From assembly GCF_006345805.1 (NCBI RefSeq), contig NC_043000.1:19406001-19470000 (forward strand): 64,000 nt of DNA. The letters run 5' to 3'. Made by a program: the position numbers and the translations under genes. Under the pieces are notes generated by a model. That model saw only the letters and a program-made list of their open reading frames with translations. It ran no database searches and was not told where the DNA came from. Source of the DNA: Octopus sinensis. Lineage: Eukaryota. Shown piece after piece: positions 61,566 through 64,000 of the stretch (positions are counted from its first letter, which is position 1; every line of letters starts with the position of its first letter).

Positions 61566-62594
61566 GACATTTTCCATTCCAAATATATAACGTTTTATTT
61601 TGTTAGCATTATATTCATAAATATTCTTATCACAACTTCATTTGATTTTTTTCCTGCTTTTTCGGGAATCACAAATGGCTCTCACCTTGAAACGCCTTTT
61701 ATACAAAGCTTGTCTCATTTCATACGGTTAATAGTTTCAGCAGATTACGATCTATGCTGTGCAGGAGAAATACCACTTTTTATTTGAACACAGATTCGAG
61801 GGCTGCATATGACTCATTCATGTCAGAGGAAATGTTTGAGAACTATATGCGACTATCAAAACAGTGATTTAAAGATATGCTCTGCTTTTAAATGAAATAT
61901 AAACTTCCAGTTGAAACTGGATACCGCGATCAAATGGTCAGAATAAGAAACAATATGTGTGAATGAAACAACAGACCATATATAAACAAATTTCATAAAA
62001 CTGCGAACATAATTTCTGAATAATCCCCAAATGCAAATGAAGAATGTGAAAATGCACTGATTAAGGTTAATAACAATTAAATTGAAAATCTTTACGCTTT
62101 TTTCCACAAAAATTTGAAGCAACCAAATGAGAAATTTTAATTAAGTTATGAAATACATTTATTAAATGAGAACTTATTTTTAAATCATTAGAGTGTTTTT
62201 TAAAAATTGTCTTTACCATTCTCTTTTCAGTTTTGAAGAGAAATACGTGCAGATTATTCAAACACAAATTCCTATTTGGCCAGTAATCATTTCTGAACTC
62301 GATTTCCCATTTGTAAATTATTTTCTCATCAAACAATATCTTAACCGTCATTGTGACGTAAATAGTCAAAATGATACGAGTTACTATAGCAACGGAACTC
62401 ACTGATTTAAAAAAAAAAACATTGAAGAAAGTGTGTATCAAAATGAAATTTTTAAGGAATTCATGAGTTCATATTCTAAAATAAAATGTTGGAGCGAAAA
62501 TTTGTATTTGAAAGTTGGTTTAAAACAACCAAAGAAAAATATTAAATTGAAATTGGTAAAAACTTGACTTTCTGCACACTGATAGAGGTGTTAA

Positions 62595-62916
62595 CCCAGA
62601 CCGGGCGTTGTGAGTGTTTATTGAGCGAAAACACCTAAAAAAGCTCCACGAGGCTCCGGCAGGGGATGGTGGTGATCCCTGCTGTACTCTTTCACCACAA
62701 CTTTCTCTCACTCTTACTTCCTGTTTCTGTTGTACCTGTATTTCAAAGGGCCGCCTTGTCACTCTCTGTGTCACGCTGAATATCCCCGAGAACTACGTTA
62801 AGGGTGCACGTGTCTGTGGAGTGCTCAGCCACTTACACGTTAATTTCACGAGCAGGCTGTTCCGTTGATTCGGATCAACCGGAACCCTCGTCGTCGTAAC
62901 CGACGGAGTGCTTCCA
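62595..62916 (+). mobile_element. SINE family C, 5'-truncated
   Basis: Homologous to 50552-50935. Confidence 0.9.
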
Positions 62917-63026
62917 TGGAGGCGTTAAATTAGACAATAGAATGATATACTCATATATGTAGAAAAATAAATGAATGTATAAGAAGTAAAAAAGGAAAGA
63001 TAGGGAACAAAAGACGTATTAAATAT

Positions 63027-63256
63027 CTATTTCTTTACTACCCACAAGGGGCTAAACACAGAGAGGACAAACAAGGACAGACAAACGGATTAAGTCAATT
63101 ACATCGACCCCAGTGCGTAACTAGTACTTAACTTATCGACCCCGAAAGGATGAAAGGCAAAGTTGACCTCGGCGGAATTTGAACTCAGAACGTAACGGCT
63201 GACGAAATACGGCTACGCATTTCGCCCGGCGTGCTAACGTTTCTGCCAGCTCACCG
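63027..63256 (-). mobile_element. SINE family B1, full length
   Basis: Reverse-complement homology; used for the tail alignment with the Tx1 LINE. Confidence 0.9.
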
Positions 63257-63309
63257 TATTAAATATCATAATTTATTCGTGATTTCATCTCTCATTATTT
63301 TCTATTCAA

Positions 63310-63710
63310 AAGCGGTGAGCTGGCAAAAGCATTAGCATGCCGAACAAAATGCTTAGCGGCATTTCGTCCGTCTTTACGTTCTGAGTTCAAATTCCGCAGA
63401 GGTCGATTTTGCCTTTCATCCTTTCAGGTTCGATAAAGTACGGCTGAGCACTGTGATCCATGTAAAAAAAACTTACTCACTTTCCTGAAATTGCTGGCCT
63501 TGTGCCAAAATTTGAAACATTATTTACTATTTTGTAGGCGGTGAACTGGCAAAATAGTTAGAGGTCCCAGAAAAAAAGGCTTTACGCTATTTGTTCCGGC
63601 TCTTTATGTTCTAAGTCTAAATCCCGCCAAGGTCAAGTTTGACATTCAATCAAATACTGGCGTTTCGACTAATCGTCTCAAAATTGTTGGCCTTGCGCTT
63701 AAATTAGTAA
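63310..63710 (+). mobile_element. Two adjacent SINE B2 copies
   Basis: Heads GGCGGTGA(G/A)CTGGC, central block and B2 tails. Confidence 0.75.
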
Positions 63711-64000
63711 CCATCGTCTACTGTTCTGGATCTAACTTACTTTAAATCGATCAACCGGCACTGTTTTGGTCCTCTCGCACCTGGAACCCTTCAACTTCTG
63801 TCCACCTAAGGTGATGAGGACAGAAACTGCTTGGTGGCTTGAGTGATTTTCATTTGAGACTGTCCGTAGAAATGCCACAAGCATTATAGCCTGTTTCAAG
63901 AATTACTAATAGATTATCGTATTAAGTATCAGTTAACAAGAGTACTTCAATAATTTGTATCGTTTTTACTATATAACATTAATGTTTACTGTTACACCCG

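Overview
Eukaryotic, AT-rich, extremely repeat-dense animal DNA. The SINE families and microsatellite load are most consistent with an octopus (coleoid cephalopod) genome; this is by recognition, not a database search. I found no intact host protein-coding gene, and nearly all long ORFs in the track are translations of microsatellites or SINEs. The real coding remnants are transposon-derived: a 5'-truncated L1/Tx1-like LINE inside (GATA)n, an RTE-BovB fragment, four R4/Dong-like RLE LINE pieces tied to (TAA)n, two Penelope-like elements (PLE), CR1/L2-like and CRE-like fragments, and two internally deleted Tc1/mariner elements with TIRs and TA target duplications. Non-coding elements include about 40 copies or fragments of at least four tRNA-derived SINE families, four non-autonomous Helitrons and a MITE. 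The most interesting signals are: (1) several non-autonomous elements with minimal hammerhead-ribozyme (HHR)-like motifs, including a ~240 bp palindrome with an HHR-like core in each polarity (two ~98% identical copies) and a 555 bp tandem/fold-back retrozyme-like unit; (2) a SINE whose last 40 nt match the Tx1 LINE tail at 32/40, ungapped; (3) a candidate 3-nt microexon or recursive splice site at 52292-52294, suggesting the window lies in a long intron of a + strand gene; (4) a pre-miRNA-like hairpin. All alignments and folds were done by eye and none of the RNA activities is demonstrated.
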